Shown here: positions 20,304 through 31,748 of the stretch, piece after piece
How positions within the stretch are numbered: position 1 is the first letter of the stretch
Layout: each line of letters starts with the position of its first letter
NCBI GenBank assembly: GCA_020057295.1
Contig: JAGVGF010000004.1
Location: forward strand, 32,001-96,000
Direction of reading: 5' to 3'
Length of the DNA stretch: 64,000 nt
Origin: an archaeon
Lineage (GTDB): Archaea; Nanobdellota; Nanobdellia; Woesearchaeales; UBA9642
Notes under the pieces: generated by a model
Databases searched by the model: none
What the model saw: the letters and a program-made list of their open reading frames with translations, nothing else
What the model was told of the DNA's origin: nothing
Made by a program: the position numbers and the translations under genes

Positions 20304-20729
20304 TTAGAATTTTTTAGCGTATTCAACAATTGTATCTTTATGTTTATGGAAACTTTCAGAATTTCCTACACGCATTGGCACAGACCATTTATTAATGTTA
20401 TCTGTAAATGTAATCTCTGCCGTGTGATCCATTGCTGTAACAACTAATTCTAAAACACTTACATTAGCTGTTTGACCTGATGTTTGATCAAGTGTGTTTT
20501 TACTTACTATTATTTTGTAACCTTTATCATTATCTGATTCAAGACTCACACTCTTACCAGAATTTTTTAGTGCATCACTTAACGCTAACTGTAGAGCGTC
20601 ACCAATACATCTTTGATGTTCATACAATCTTAATCTTTCACTATCAGAACCAAGATATTTCATTATGTGATATATCGGATTAATTTTTTTCCACTGCATA
20701 TTTTCCCTTTTAGTAATAATTTTTTTCAA
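20304..20729 (-). CDS. Hypothetical protein
   Basis: 141-aa ORF filling the gap; start could be TTG 20729 or ATG 20699. Confidence 0.6.
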   Translation of the reverse strand: MKKIITKRENMQWKKINPIYHIMKYLGSDSERLRLYEHQRCIGDALQLALSDALKNSGKSVSLESDNDKGYKIIVSKNTLDQTSGQTANVSVLELVVTAMDHTAEITFTDNINKWSVPMRVGNSESFHKHKDTIVEYAKKF

Positions 20730-20959
20730 TCACTACGCTAGTTTCAATATTGATAGGACGAGTTTAAATGTTTTATGTAATTCGCAAGTTTAACATTTAC
20801 TAATTAATATTGTAAAATAATTTGCTAATATTTATTTCGTTCAAAAATATGAACTACTTTTGAATAGTTAAAATAATAAAGTATATAAACACTTTGATGA
20901 TATCAGAACTATATTAATTGGAGTTTGATTTATCTGTTACAATTGTGGGGGAGATTATT

Positions 20960-21937
20960 ATGGATATAGATATGATTCAACAAGCATTTTCTGACGTTAT
21001 GTACATTGAACCAAAGCTCACTGTTTCTCACGTTTTACCTGAACCTGTTGGTGATATATCTAATGTGGCCGGTCTAACTCTTGCTTTTTCCAGAGATTTA
21101 AAACATGCTATAGATGTACATTCAGGTAATGTGAAATATACTGCTCCAAACGGGACATCTTTTCATCCGGGGTCGCTTTATAGATCAAGTGGAGGTTACA
21201 TTGTTGCCCAAGTTACACCGACAAAATTTGTATATTTAGATGATAACTCTTTTTTGTCTGATAAAACATTCTCGGAACTACCAGAGCCTGTTCAACCTTT
21301 TATATCTTCATTCCAAGATAGAATTGTAGTATGTTCTAAGGATGGGAAAAGATTTTATGATTTAAAGACAAGAAAAGTATGTCTTGAATCAAGAGAAGCT
21401 ATGTCTCCAGAAGTTATATCTGTTGATAGAACATATTTGGTAAACATTAAAGGAACACTTTATGATACTACCACAGGAATAAAACTTAAATTACCTGCAC
21501 CTGTAGTTTCAGATGTTCAGAAACTTGGAGATGATACATTTTTAGTAATGAGTGCTTATGCTCAGAGATTTTTTGATCTCCACACAAAAGCAGAATATCG
21601 TTTGCATGGAAAACATATGACTGTGGAATTATATCCTACTATAAACAATATTAATGGGATGTGGCTTGTTATGGGTACAGACGCAAAAACATTCTATGAT
21701 ATAAAAACTGGAGAAATTGCATTTAAACTTCCAGAAAAAGTACGAGCAAAAATACCTTGGTCAGGACGTCCAAACGAGTATACTGTTATAGGTGAAGATT
21801 CTCAGACAGTACATACTTTGACGTTAGAAAAACGATTGAATTGTGCATTAGACAGAGTTTTGGAAGAGTTAAATGTCGAAGGAAAAAGATTATTCACAAA
21901 AAATCTTGGTTGGAGCTTTGGATCTCGTGACGGCTGA
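20960..21937 (+). CDS. Hypothetical beta-repeat protein
   Basis: GGGGAG RBS; repeated FYDLKT/LYDTTT/FFDLHT/FYDIKT units. Confidence 0.7.
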   Translation: MDIDMIQQAFSDVMYIEPKLTVSHVLPEPVGDISNVAGLTLAFSRDLKHAIDVHSGNVKYTAPNGTSFHPGSLYRSSGGYIVAQVTPTKFVYLDDNSFLSDKTFSELPEPVQPFISSFQDRIVVCSKDGKRFYDLKTRKVCLESREAMSPEVISVDRTYLVNIKGTLYDTTTGIKLKLPAPVVSDVQKLGDDTFLVMSAYAQRFFDLHTKAEYRLHGKHMTVELYPTINNINGMWLVMGTDAKTFYDIKTGEIAFKLPEKVRAKIPWSGRPNEYTVIGEDSQTVHTLTLEKRLNCALDRVLEELNVEGKRLFTKNLGWSFGSRDG

Positions 21938-21946
21938 ATAATTCTT

Positions 21947-22231
21947 CTATTTATTTATAATTTTATTATCTTTAAAATTTACTCCTTCTTTTCTTAATAA
22001 ATTGATTTTCTTTCTAGAATTCATTTTTCCGTTATAACCGCCAAGACTACCGTCACTTTTAATAACTCTATGACATGGAACAATAGGGGCATAAGGATTA
22101 ACTCGTAATGCTTGACCAACAGCTCTTGGACTCGACTTTAGAATTTTAGCAATTTTTCCATAAGTCATAGTTTTGCCTTTAGGAATTTTCTTGCATATAG
22201 AATAAACTTTTTCTTGAAATGGTGTGACCAT
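21947..22231 (-). CDS. ogt: O6-methylguanine-DNA methyltransferase (MGMT, C-terminal domain only)
   Basis: IPKGKTMTYG, RAVGQAL..NP....PCHRVI active site. Confidence 0.92.
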   Translation of the reverse strand: MVTPFQEKVYSICKKIPKGKTMTYGKIAKILKSSPRAVGQALRVNPYAPIVPCHRVIKSDGSLGGYNGKMNSRKKINLLRKEGVNFKDNKIINK

Positions 22232-22322
22232 GATATGCCTTAATTATGATAGAATAAAAAGTTTGTTAAAAAAATGTTATTAAAATTCTAGAATTAAATA
22301 AGAAATAAAAAAATTAATAGCT

Positions 22323-22922
22323 TTATCTTGCTGCGTCTGCTTGTCTTTCAAGCTCGAGCTTCTTTGAGATTGCTCCGCTATTTGGTGACATTTGATATGC
22401 CGAAATTATTTCATCAGCTAATGTCTCTGCAGCGCCCTTCTTTGCATTGAATGATTTTGCGAATGATCCTTGTGTCATTTGTCTTAATACCAAGTCAACT
22501 CTTCTTTGAGGTGCGCATTCTAAAGCTTTAGGATATCTTGCACCACCATATTCTATTGCAATTACTTCTTCTCTTGGTGCTGCATTCTCTACTGCCTTAA
22601 CGAACACTTCAACAGGATTTTTCTTTAACTTAGTTTCTATGATTGTGAATGCCTTTTCGACTAATGTATATGTTGTTAGACCTTTACCAGTGCATTGTCT
22701 AGAAGTTATCTTGTGCTTCTTAGATCTGTGTCCTGGAACCATTAACTTGTTCATTAATCTTTCAACAATAAATATTTTGGACTTGTAAAATTTATTACCT
22801 GCGTATCTTGCACCTGTCTTATTAACAATCATCGGATTAGTAACAATATATGGTGCTACACCTGGATCTTCTACTTTTATTTGGGAACAATCCCACTTGC
22901 CGAATGCTAAAATATTACTCAT
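22323..22922 (-). CDS. rps7: 30S ribosomal protein S7 (uS7)
   Basis: IVERLMNKLM, AVENAAPREE, YGGARY, ELERQADAAR. Confidence 0.97.
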   Translation of the reverse strand: MSNILAFGKWDCSQIKVEDPGVAPYIVTNPMIVNKTGARYAGNKFYKSKIFIVERLMNKLMVPGHRSKKHKITSRQCTGKGLTTYTLVEKAFTIIETKLKKNPVEVFVKAVENAAPREEVIAIEYGGARYPKALECAPQRRVDLVLRQMTQGSFAKSFNAKKGAAETLADEIISAYQMSPNSGAISKKLELERQADAAR

Positions 22923-22932
22923 TTTCAATAAA

Positions 22933-22968
22933 CCTCATATCTTAATCTTAATTTGTATTGATATGAGG
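22933..22968 (-). promoter_or_regulatory. Perfect 9-bp inverted repeat CCTCATATC/GATATGAGG covering the rps7 Shine-Dalgarno
   Basis: Arms 22933-22941 and 22960-22968; TTTATAAA box at 22981-22988. Confidence 0.5.
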
Positions 22969-23104
22969 AATTTTAGAGTATTTATAAACGTTTTGGTGTG
23001 CACGTATATTCTAAACTATGCAACATACAACAGATAATATTTATAAATAAGGCCGATGTATTTCATATGTTTTGAGGCTAAGAATTATTTAGAGGATATT
23101 TAGT

Positions 23105-24901
23105 ATGAATAAACAAGATGTAAAGAAAGATGTGAAAAATACAGAAAATAAGATACGAGTAAGCTCTTGGGATGAATTTAAACAAGAGCAAAAAGAGAAA
23201 AAGATAAAAAATTTTTCTAAAGTCGCAAAAGAAGAGCCATTATATAAAAAGAAGGAAGACAGTATTAATTATTCCATTAAAGACGGATTATATTCATCAG
23301 TAAAAGGTGGCTTGACTGAAAGTTTTGTAATGCCTTTCGCAATTGCATTAAGCGCAAGCACAGGAATGCTCGCTGCATTAAGTAGCATCCCAGATTTATT
23401 AGCATCTTTTTTCCAACTATTTTCACAAGCATCATTAAAATTCTTTAAAACAAGAAGTAAATTAATCGTTTGGACTGCATTTATACAGTCATTGATGTGG
23501 TTACCCTTGCTATTTATTCCATTAGTTGCGGGTTCTAATATAACATTAGCGTTAACTTTATTACTAATATTTATTACATTAGAAAAAATTTTTGGAACAT
23601 TTCAAGGACCAATATTAAACAGTATGCTTGGAGATATCATAGATGACGATAAACGCGGAGAATTCTTTGGTAAAAGAAATAGAATTGTAAATTTGATGGG
23701 TTTCATAAGCACATTCCTTGCTGGGTTATTATTAACTTTTTTCAAGCAATTCGATTCTGGTAATAATGCACACTACATCTTTTTTGGATTTGGAATATTA
23801 TTCTTCTTGGCATTTATATTTAGAGCGATAGCATCTTATTACAAATCTAAAATATATGATTCGCCTTATACTCCTCAAAAGAATAATATTACTTTTTTTA
23901 ATTTTATGAAGAATATGACTCATAACAACTATGGAATATTTGTATTATATATATTCATGTTCAAACTTGTCGCGTTCATTAGTGCACCATTTTTTGCTTT
24001 ATATTTACTTCGTGATTTAGGTATTTCTTATATATATTTCACATTAATACTTGGCGCATCAATTATGGCTAGTTTCATAACAATGGGTATGTGGGGTAAA
24101 ATAATAGATAAACATGGTAGTAAATTAGTATTGACAATATCGGCATTTCTTACACCATTAACTGCTTTATTACTAGTTTTTGCGATGTTTATAAAAGATC
24201 CATTATGGCTGTTTATATTTTTATTATTAGAAGAAGCATTTTCTGGATTTGTATGGGCGGGATTCAATCTAAGTACCTCGAGTTTCTTGTTTGATTCAAC
24301 ATCTAAAGAAGAACGTGTGAAATATATTGCATACTATAATTTTTTAACAGGAATAGCAGTATTTCTTGGTGCAATGTTAGGTGGAGTGTTAATAAGATTT
24401 TATCCTCGGTGGACTATTGTATCGACAGCACTTGTTTCAGCCATACCAGTAATATATGTAACAACAGGTGTGTTAAGATTATTAATTACTAGTATATTCA
24501 TAAAGAAAGTACGCGAATCTAGAATGGTAGAAATAGATTTCCCTGGCAGAGGATTCTTTCATAGAGTATTAACCGTAAATCCTCACTCGCATAATCATGT
24601 AGAGATATTATCATCTTATGAGGGCCCACAACAAGCGCATTTTCATAGTCTGTTGTTTGTTAAGAATAATATTAAACCAGTAAAGAATATTACTAGTCAT
24701 AAAATGACGGAAAAAGAATTATATGAAAAGAAATCATTTGAGTACTATAGACAGAATGCTATGAAGACAATGAATCAGAAAGACAAACCTGTTACTCCGA
24801 AGGATGATTCTGATAAGATTGCAAAAAATATAGAGCAAGATAAAAAAAGTATCACTGAATTAACAGAAAAAATAAAGAATGAGCATATAAAAAAGAAATA
24901 A
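23105..24901 (+). CDS. MFS transporter with charged N- and C-terminal extensions
   Basis: 12 TM helices, GDIIDDDKRGEFFG, WGKIIDKHGSK motif A. Confidence 0.9.
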   Translation: MNKQDVKKDVKNTENKIRVSSWDEFKQEQKEKKIKNFSKVAKEEPLYKKKEDSINYSIKDGLYSSVKGGLTESFVMPFAIALSASTGMLAALSSIPDLLASFFQLFSQASLKFFKTRSKLIVWTAFIQSLMWLPLLFIPLVAGSNITLALTLLLIFITLEKIFGTFQGPILNSMLGDIIDDDKRGEFFGKRNRIVNLMGFISTFLAGLLLTFFKQFDSGNNAHYIFFGFGILFFLAFIFRAIASYYKSKIYDSPYTPQKNNITFFNFMKNMTHNNYGIFVLYIFMFKLVAFISAPFFALYLLRDLGISYIYFTLILGASIMASFITMGMWGKIIDKHGSKLVLTISAFLTPLTALLLVFAMFIKDPLWLFIFLLLEEAFSGFVWAGFNLSTSSFLFDSTSKEERVKYIAYYNFLTGIAVFLGAMLGGVLIRFYPRWTIVSTALVSAIPVIYVTTGVLRLLITSIFIKKVRESRMVEIDFPGRGFFHRVLTVNPHSHNHVEILSSYEGPQQAHFHSLLFVKNNIKPVKNITSHKMTEKELYEKKSFEYYRQNAMKTMNQKDKPVTPKDDSDKIAKNIEQDKKSITELTEKIKNEHIKKK

Positions 24902-24952
24902 TGCTCGAATAAAACAATATATTTTATAAATACTGAATATTTTCTAGACAAT

Positions 24953-26332
24953 ATGGTTGTTAAGTTTGATAAGAAGAAAAAGTTGAAGGACGAATTTGAG
25001 CTAAAGAAAGAGAAAGAAGCTCAAGAATTAAAAGAGAAAGTAAAATTACAACGTAAAAAAAATTCTGACAATTCTAATAAAGAAGTTGAACAAAAAGAAC
25101 CAGTACAACCAGTAATCAATGTAGGATTAGTTGGACATGTAGATCATGGTAAAACAACTCTTACTGAAAAATTAACTGGAAAATGGACTGATACACACTC
25201 TGAAGAAATTAAGAGAGGGATTACTATAAGATTAGGTTATGCAGACATAACTTTTAGAAAATGTCCTCAGTGTGATGAGCCTGATTGTTTTACTACAGCT
25301 AAAACTTGTAGCGTACATAATGTTCCAACTGAATTTGTTAGAAAAGTATCTTTTGTTGACGCTCCTGGACATGAATCATTAATGGCTACGATGTTATCTG
25401 GCGCAGCAATAATTGATGGTGCATTATTATTAGTTGCAGCAAACGAATTCTGTCCACAACCACAAACTAGAGAACACTTGATGGCGCTTGAAATGTCTGG
25501 AATAAAAAATGTTATTGTAGTACAGAATAAAATAGATTTAGTGGATAAAGATAGAGTTATGAAAAATTATTCTCAAATTAAGGAGTTCTTGAAAGGCACT
25601 AGCTACGAGAACGCTCCTATAGTTCCGATAAGTGCACAGCATGATGTAAACCTTGATTTATTAATTAAGAACATTGAAGAAGTTATTAAGACTCCAAAAC
25701 GTGACGAGTCAAAAGAACCAGCAATGTTTATTGCAAGAAGCTTTGATATTAACAAACCAGGAACGATGCCACAAAAAATGAGGGGAGGAGTTCTTGGTGG
25801 TGCAATAATGCAAGGTATAATTAAAGTTGGCGATAAGATAGAAATAAGACCTGGACACATTGTTGAAGAGGCAAATCAGATTGTTGCTAAACCTTTATTT
25901 ACTACGGTATTATCTGCAATGACTGGAAGTTCTCCTGTAGATGAATTACATCCAGGAGGTTCAGTAGCATTAATGACTGATCTAGATCCAAGTGTTGTAA
26001 ATTCAGATAAATTAACTGGAAACATTGTAGGATTGCCAGGAAAATTACCGAAGATATGGTATTATTTCGATTTAGAAGTTCACTTACTTGAACGAGTTGT
26101 TGGAGCAAAGGAAGATTTGAAAGTTGATCCGATAAAGATTAATGAAGTATTAATGTTAAATGTAAATTCTGCAGCAACAGTAGGATTTGTACAAAGCATA
26201 GGAAAAGGTCGTGTAAAGTGTAAATTAAAACTACCTGTGTGTGCAGAAATAAATTCTAAGGCCACAATTTCTAGAAGAGTCGGTACTCGTTTTAGGCTTA
26301 TTGGCTATGGTGTAATTAAGGGAGAGAAATAA
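24953..26332 (+). CDS. eif2g: Translation initiation factor aIF2 gamma subunit
   Basis: GHVDHGKTT, RGITIRLGYA, DAPGHE, QPQTREH, NKID. Confidence 0.97.
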   Translation: MVVKFDKKKKLKDEFELKKEKEAQELKEKVKLQRKKNSDNSNKEVEQKEPVQPVINVGLVGHVDHGKTTLTEKLTGKWTDTHSEEIKRGITIRLGYADITFRKCPQCDEPDCFTTAKTCSVHNVPTEFVRKVSFVDAPGHESLMATMLSGAAIIDGALLLVAANEFCPQPQTREHLMALEMSGIKNVIVVQNKIDLVDKDRVMKNYSQIKEFLKGTSYENAPIVPISAQHDVNLDLLIKNIEEVIKTPKRDESKEPAMFIARSFDINKPGTMPQKMRGGVLGGAIMQGIIKVGDKIEIRPGHIVEEANQIVAKPLFTTVLSAMTGSSPVDELHPGGSVALMTDLDPSVVNSDKLTGNIVGLPGKLPKIWYYFDLEVHLLERVVGAKEDLKVDPIKINEVLMLNVNSAATVGFVQSIGKGRVKCKLKLPVCAEINSKATISRRVGTRFRLIGYGVIKGEK

Positions 26333-26431
26333 ATTCTTAGTTTATATTATTATCTTACACAATATTTATGTTTACACTTGTTAGTAGCAAAAATAAGTAA
26401 GATTTATAAATCGTTCTATATGAACATTTTT

Positions 26432-27601
26432 ATGGGTATTAATATATTATATGTTGTTGGCGGATATGGTGGTGGCGTAAAAACTTATCTAGATAATTTG
26501 TCGCAACACCTATTAAAATCAGAAGCTGTAGATTCAATATCTATATTAACATTTGAGCAAGCAGGAAACTTGCCTTTAATAACTAATGGAAAATTAGAAT
26601 ATTCTATACTACCAACTAAAGATTTTGAAAAAACTATTGTCCGTAATTTATCTCCAAGAACGCTTGTTCGAGCCAATAGAAGTATCAAAGAAATTGTTAC
26701 ACAGAAAAAAATAGATTTATTTCATATTCATACACATAATATTCCTTTAGCAGATATTGCTACATTTACTTCTTTGACAAGAAATATTCCTTTAGTAGTA
26801 ACATATCATGGTAGTGATAAAAGATCTTTAAAAGCTCATATTTCAATTAACACATTCGGTCTTATACCAAAATATTTCGCTGACAAAAAATTTGCTGTAT
26901 CGCATGCTGCACAAAATATCTTAGGAAAGGATTCTGAAATTGTTGGTGTGCCAATACATGAAAGTTTTTATTCTGATCAATTTGAAAAAGGTTTTTTTTC
27001 CAGATACGGAATCCATGGAGAAAAGATAGTGTTTTATCCAGCAAGGATAGATCCTAAAAAAGGTCAAATGGATCTTGTTTTAGCAGAATATAAATTACTA
27101 AATGATGGATGTAGAATTCCTCACAAAATAGTTTTGGCTGGCGATGTTCAAGAAACAGCATATTTGAAATTATTACAATCAAAGATTTCAGAATATGGAT
27201 TAGGTCAAAATATTATTTTGACTGAAAGAATACCTTTTGAGCAAATGCACAATGCATATCATGGCAGTCTTATTCAAGCATTTCCAACAAGAGAAGAAGG
27301 GCTTCCGCAGATAATAATAGAGGCTGGATTATGCGGTGTTCCAACAATAGGTTCAACTGTTGGAGGTGTACCAGAATTGGTTCATGATGGAGTAAATGGT
27401 TATCTAATAACTTCTGGAGATGTAAATTCTTTAGAAGATAGATTGGTTTTTTTAATGAATCATGATGATGTGCGTAAAAGATTGGGAGATAATGCTAGAG
27501 TAGATTTCCTAGAAAAATTTAATGCTGCTCACGTTGCACAAAGACATTTAGATGTTTATTTAGGACTTATTAAAAAATCAGTTTCTTTAAATCTAAATTA
27601 A
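26432..27601 (+). CDS. GT4 (GT-B) glycosyltransferase
   Basis: GGVKTY, ARIDPKKG, EEGLPQIIIEA..GVPTI...VGGVPELV. Confidence 0.92.
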   Translation: MGINILYVVGGYGGGVKTYLDNLSQHLLKSEAVDSISILTFEQAGNLPLITNGKLEYSILPTKDFEKTIVRNLSPRTLVRANRSIKEIVTQKKIDLFHIHTHNIPLADIATFTSLTRNIPLVVTYHGSDKRSLKAHISINTFGLIPKYFADKKFAVSHAAQNILGKDSEIVGVPIHESFYSDQFEKGFFSRYGIHGEKIVFYPARIDPKKGQMDLVLAEYKLLNDGCRIPHKIVLAGDVQETAYLKLLQSKISEYGLGQNIILTERIPFEQMHNAYHGSLIQAFPTREEGLPQIIIEAGLCGVPTIGSTVGGVPELVHDGVNGYLITSGDVNSLEDRLVFLMNHDDVRKRLGDNARVDFLEKFNAAHVAQRHLDVYLGLIKKSVSLNLN

Positions 27602-27616
27602 GAAATATGTAGTATT

Positions 27617-29359
27617 CTACTTTCCTATCTCTGCTATATTAATATTTTCTGGCAATACTTTTATACGCAATAGCGGGAATTCTAAATATTGTGTCGGAAA
27701 TTCAAATCTTGGATGTCCTCCATAATAAGTAGTTGTTCCTTTTTCCTGTGGTGTGGTTCTTCTGCTTACTTCCTTCCATCTGCTCTCTGTTTTTGCATAT
27801 CCTTGTAGATGTTTGAAGAAATATGTATGATTTTCAAGTATGTATACTGAACTTTCAGGATCTGAACCTAATTCTGTAAAAATATTTTCTAAATCTTTTC
27901 TAAATGCTCCTGAGAATTTTGCATCGGGATCTAATGGAGATTTTTCACAACATGATATTAAATTATTAGTCCAATTTTTTATCTGTGCATTACTGATTTT
28001 CACTCCAGTTTTTAAGTATTCTGTTACTGCTCTTGCACGTATAATATCTGCTGCTACATTGTCATGTATAGCTCCATCGATATCGTCGTACCGATATTTG
28101 AAATATTCTATATTTTCTTCTGGTGACTTTTCAAATACTGCAGCATTTTGTAGCATATAATCTAATTGTAATCTTTTATCTACTTCTGATTCTATATCTT
28201 GTAATCTTTTTTCTATATCGGAATTTATGAATTTTTTTAGAGCGACTAATTCCTTTTCTTTGCTGCTTTTTCTAAAAGCCTCTTTATATTTTGGTGCTAA
28301 TACAGTATCTTTTTCTACTATTGATACAATATAAGGATTTAATTTCTGTTTTATTTCATTTGCGTTGTATATTACTCTCTCAATTTCTATTGGTTCCCAA
28401 CTATTGGGATCTTTATCTAAATAAAATTTTGCTTCACGATCAGATATTCTATCTCCTATAAAATCCATATATTTTATCTGTGCGTCTCTCTGAATTTTTA
28501 TCAAATTATTCTGATATGAAATCATTTGATATGTCATAAATGGTATCAGTCCTATTATAGCATATTTGTTAATTTTTCTAACAACTTTTGCTGTTAAAGT
28601 CAATCCTTTATCTATCATTGTTCCAATTGTCATCTTTTTCTTTGTTTTAGGATTAAAATGTGTTATATCCTCAGATAATATTTTTTCAAGTGTATCTATT
28701 GTGAAATCTAACTTTTCATCAAGTGCTCTATCTAGAAATTTATTTATTTCAATATGTTCTGATTCTGCTCGGAAATGTTTTGGTATATATTCTTTTTTTG
28801 GTGATATGCGTGGTAGTATGTGCTTAAACGTTCTGCCTGTTGATTCTATTCCACTACTTGATTTTCCGTGATCTACTCTGTGTCTTAATTCTACTAAAGG
28901 CTTGTTTCTTTCATATTCTTCTGTTAATTGTTTTGAAAGCCCATCAATATGTGATAATAGTCTTTCTGGTACTTTGTTTCCATATTTGCTTAACATATTT
29001 GTTCTATATGTTTCTTGTCTAAATTTATTTGGACTTTCATAAATAGCTTGCAATAATCCGTTTAGGTTTTCACTTATACCTCTAATATTGCTGACTACAG
29101 ATTCGTATTTTCTTCTAATATCTCCTATATCTCTCTCGCTAGAAAATCCTATTGTTGCTCCTATTTTGAACATTCTGTATATTCTTTTAAGTTCTTTTTG
29201 ATGAATTGTTGCATCTTTTGCTGTAATTGATAGAAATGTTCCTAGATCTTCAATATCGTGTCTTCTATTTATTCCTGTTTTATCTCTTTCAACAATTACT
29301 CTTTCTTTTAATTCTTCAACTAGTCTTTCTAGTTTAGATACTTTACTTTCAAGATTCAT
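27617..29359 (-). CDS. Large hypothetical protein with central TM segment
   Basis: 580-aa ORF with its own TTTATAAA box; hydrophobic stretch YAIIGLIPFMTYQMI mid-protein. Confidence 0.75.
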   Translation of the reverse strand: MNLESKVSKLERLVEELKERVIVERDKTGINRRHDIEDLGTFLSITAKDATIHQKELKRIYRMFKIGATIGFSSERDIGDIRRKYESVVSNIRGISENLNGLLQAIYESPNKFRQETYRTNMLSKYGNKVPERLLSHIDGLSKQLTEEYERNKPLVELRHRVDHGKSSSGIESTGRTFKHILPRISPKKEYIPKHFRAESEHIEINKFLDRALDEKLDFTIDTLEKILSEDITHFNPKTKKKMTIGTMIDKGLTLTAKVVRKINKYAIIGLIPFMTYQMISYQNNLIKIQRDAQIKYMDFIGDRISDREAKFYLDKDPNSWEPIEIERVIYNANEIKQKLNPYIVSIVEKDTVLAPKYKEAFRKSSKEKELVALKKFINSDIEKRLQDIESEVDKRLQLDYMLQNAAVFEKSPEENIEYFKYRYDDIDGAIHDNVAADIIRARAVTEYLKTGVKISNAQIKNWTNNLISCCEKSPLDPDAKFSGAFRKDLENIFTELGSDPESSVYILENHTYFFKHLQGYAKTESRWKEVSRRTTPQEKGTTTYYGGHPRFEFPTQYLEFPLLRIKVLPENINIAEIGK

Positions 29360-29454
29360 ACTCTAAGAACTAGTTTTTTATTTATAAATCTTTCGATTTG
29401 TTGTCACTATTAAGTGATTAAATCTTTTTTTAGAATATTTTATAAAAAATAAAA

Positions 29455-31089
29455 TTAATATTCAGGCATTTGCATTCCTTGTTGTCCCATTGGTGGCTGT
29501 TTTCCGCCTGCAATTACATCATCAATTCGAAGTATCATTGTAACAACTTCTGATGCAGAACTAACAGCTTGAGTCTTGCTCTTCAATGGTTCAATTATTC
29601 CTTCATCCCATGCATTTATTACTTTTCCTGAGAATACATCTATTCCGGCCCAAACTTGCTTCTTTTCGTGTGCTGCCTTCATTGCAACAAGAATATCTAT
29701 TGGATCAAGACCAGCATTTTCTGCAAGTGTCTTTGGAACAATTTCCATACTATCAGCAAATGCTTGTACTGCTAATTGTTCTCTGCCTGATAATCCTTCT
29801 GAAAATTCTCGTAACTGTTTTGCAAGTTCTATCTCACAAGATCCTGCACCAGCAACAATTCTACCATATCTTAATGCAGAAATAATTCCGCCTATAGCAT
29901 CATCCATTGCTCTTTCAATTTCTGCAACAACATGTTCAGTTCCGCCTTTAACTAAAATAGTTACAGATTTTGCATTCTTACATTTCTTGACATAAGTCAT
30001 ATTTTCTCTACCATTATTTATTTCTTCAACAAATCCTGCATATCCTAAATCTTTAGCTGTTAAATCCTTAACATCAGTCAATATGCTTGCACCAGTTGCT
30101 CTTGCCAATTTTTCCATATCGCTCTTCTTAACTCGACGTACAGCATATATTCCTTTCTTTGCAAGGAAGTGTTGTGCCAAGTCATCGATGCCTTTTTGGC
30201 ATATTAAAACATTAGCTCCACTATTAACTATCCTGTCAACCATTCCCCTTAACATACGCTCTTCCATATCTAAGAATGCTTGCATCTTTTCAGGATCACT
30301 GATTTGAATTTTTGCGTCAATTTCAGTATTTTTTATTTCAATAGCAGAATCTATTAATGCAATCTTTGCATCCTTAACATTTGATGGCATACTAGAATGA
30401 ATTTTTTCTTTGTCTAATACTATTCCTTCAATTAATTCACTATCTTCAACAGATCCACCAACATTCTTTTCAATTTTAATATCGTTTTTATCAATGTGGA
30501 TTGTAACTTTTCCATTATCTTTACGTTTTTCAAGCACTGAAGTAGCTGCTTGAACAATTAAATCAGATAATATCTCTTTAGCAGATTCAGCTTCTTTACC
30601 GACGATTGCTGTAATCGCAATTCTTCTAAGTAAGTCTGTATCTGTATCAGTTATTGGTTTTGACATTTCATTTAATATTTGCATTGCTTTTTCTGTTGCA
30701 ATTTTATAACCTTTAACAATAACTGTTGGATGAATATTTCTATCAAGTAATGTTTCAGCATTTTTTAATAATTCTCCAGCTAGGACTACTGCAGTTGTTG
30801 TTCCATCACCAACTTCTGACTCTTGAGTTTTTGCAATTTCAACTAACATTTTTGCTGCAGGATGTTCAATAGACATTTCCTTAAGAATAGTTGCACCATC
30901 ATTAGTAATTATAACATCACCAAGAGAATCAACAATCATCTTATCCATCCCTTTTGGGCCAAGTGTTGTTCTTACGATATCAGAAACAATTTTTGCAGCC
31001 ATAATATTATTACGCTGTGCATTCTTGCCAGTAGTTCTTTGAGTATTTTCTGGAAGTATAAATATTGGTTGCATATTCTCTCTAGTCAT
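29455..31089 (-). CDS. thsA: Thermosome (group II chaperonin) subunit
   Basis: [34 protein letters not shown]. Confidence 0.98.
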   Translation of the reverse strand: MTRENMQPIFILPENTQRTTGKNAQRNNIMAAKIVSDIVRTTLGPKGMDKMIVDSLGDVIITNDGATILKEMSIEHPAAKMLVEIAKTQESEVGDGTTTAVVLAGELLKNAETLLDRNIHPTVIVKGYKIATEKAMQILNEMSKPITDTDTDLLRRIAITAIVGKEAESAKEILSDLIVQAATSVLEKRKDNGKVTIHIDKNDIKIEKNVGGSVEDSELIEGIVLDKEKIHSSMPSNVKDAKIALIDSAIEIKNTEIDAKIQISDPEKMQAFLDMEERMLRGMVDRIVNSGANVLICQKGIDDLAQHFLAKKGIYAVRRVKKSDMEKLARATGASILTDVKDLTAKDLGYAGFVEEINNGRENMTYVKKCKNAKSVTILVKGGTEHVVAEIERAMDDAIGGIISALRYGRIVAGAGSCEIELAKQLREFSEGLSGREQLAVQAFADSMEIVPKTLAENAGLDPIDILVAMKAAHEKKQVWAGIDVFSGKVINAWDEGIIEPLKSKTQAVSSASEVVTMILRIDDVIAGGKQPPMGQQGMQMPEY

Positions 31090-31184
31090 TAAAATTCACC
31101 CCAACTATAATAATACACGTAGTACTATCTTCTTTATAAATTTTGTCAACAACCTTTTTATATAAGTTATATGATTATGTCTAC

Positions 31185-31748
31185 ATGATTATTACTATTT
31201 CTGGACTTGCAGGTTCGGGTAAGACCACTGTTTTAAAAGAATTAGCGAAGCGATTAAATTACAGTTTCTATGATATTGGAACCTTAAGGAAGAGAATGGC
31301 TAAAGAGCGTGGAATGACAATTGAAGAATTTAATAAACTTGGAGAAAAGGAATCATTCACAGATAACGATGCAGATAAATATCTAGAAAATTTAGGAAAA
31401 ACAGAAGACAATTTTGTTGTACAAGGAAGATTAGCATACTATTTCATACCACACTCAATAAAAATATTTTTGAATGTTACATTAGAGAAAGCTGCAGAAC
31501 GAATAATGAAAGATAGTGATAATCCTGAACGTAATAGCGAATCACAACATTCTTCGTTAGAAGTCATACGAAGATTATCTAAGGATAGAGATGATAGTGA
31601 TATAGTAAGATATAGAAAATGGTATGGGATAGAAAATTATCGTGACCCAAAGAATTACGATTTAATAATAGACACATCTAATATAACTGCTGACGAAGTA
31701 GTTCAGAAAATACTTGATTATACTAATTCTCAAACGCTGACTACTTAA
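31185..31748 (+). CDS. cmk: Cytidylate kinase, archaeal type
   Basis: IITISGLAGSGKTT, GRLA, RYRKWYGI, YDLIIDTS. Confidence 0.92.
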   Translation: MIITISGLAGSGKTTVLKELAKRLNYSFYDIGTLRKRMAKERGMTIEEFNKLGEKESFTDNDADKYLENLGKTEDNFVVQGRLAYYFIPHSIKIFLNVTLEKAAERIMKDSDNPERNSESQHSSLEVIRRLSKDRDDSDIVRYRKWYGIENYRDPKNYDLIIDTSNITADEVVQKILDYTNSQTLTT

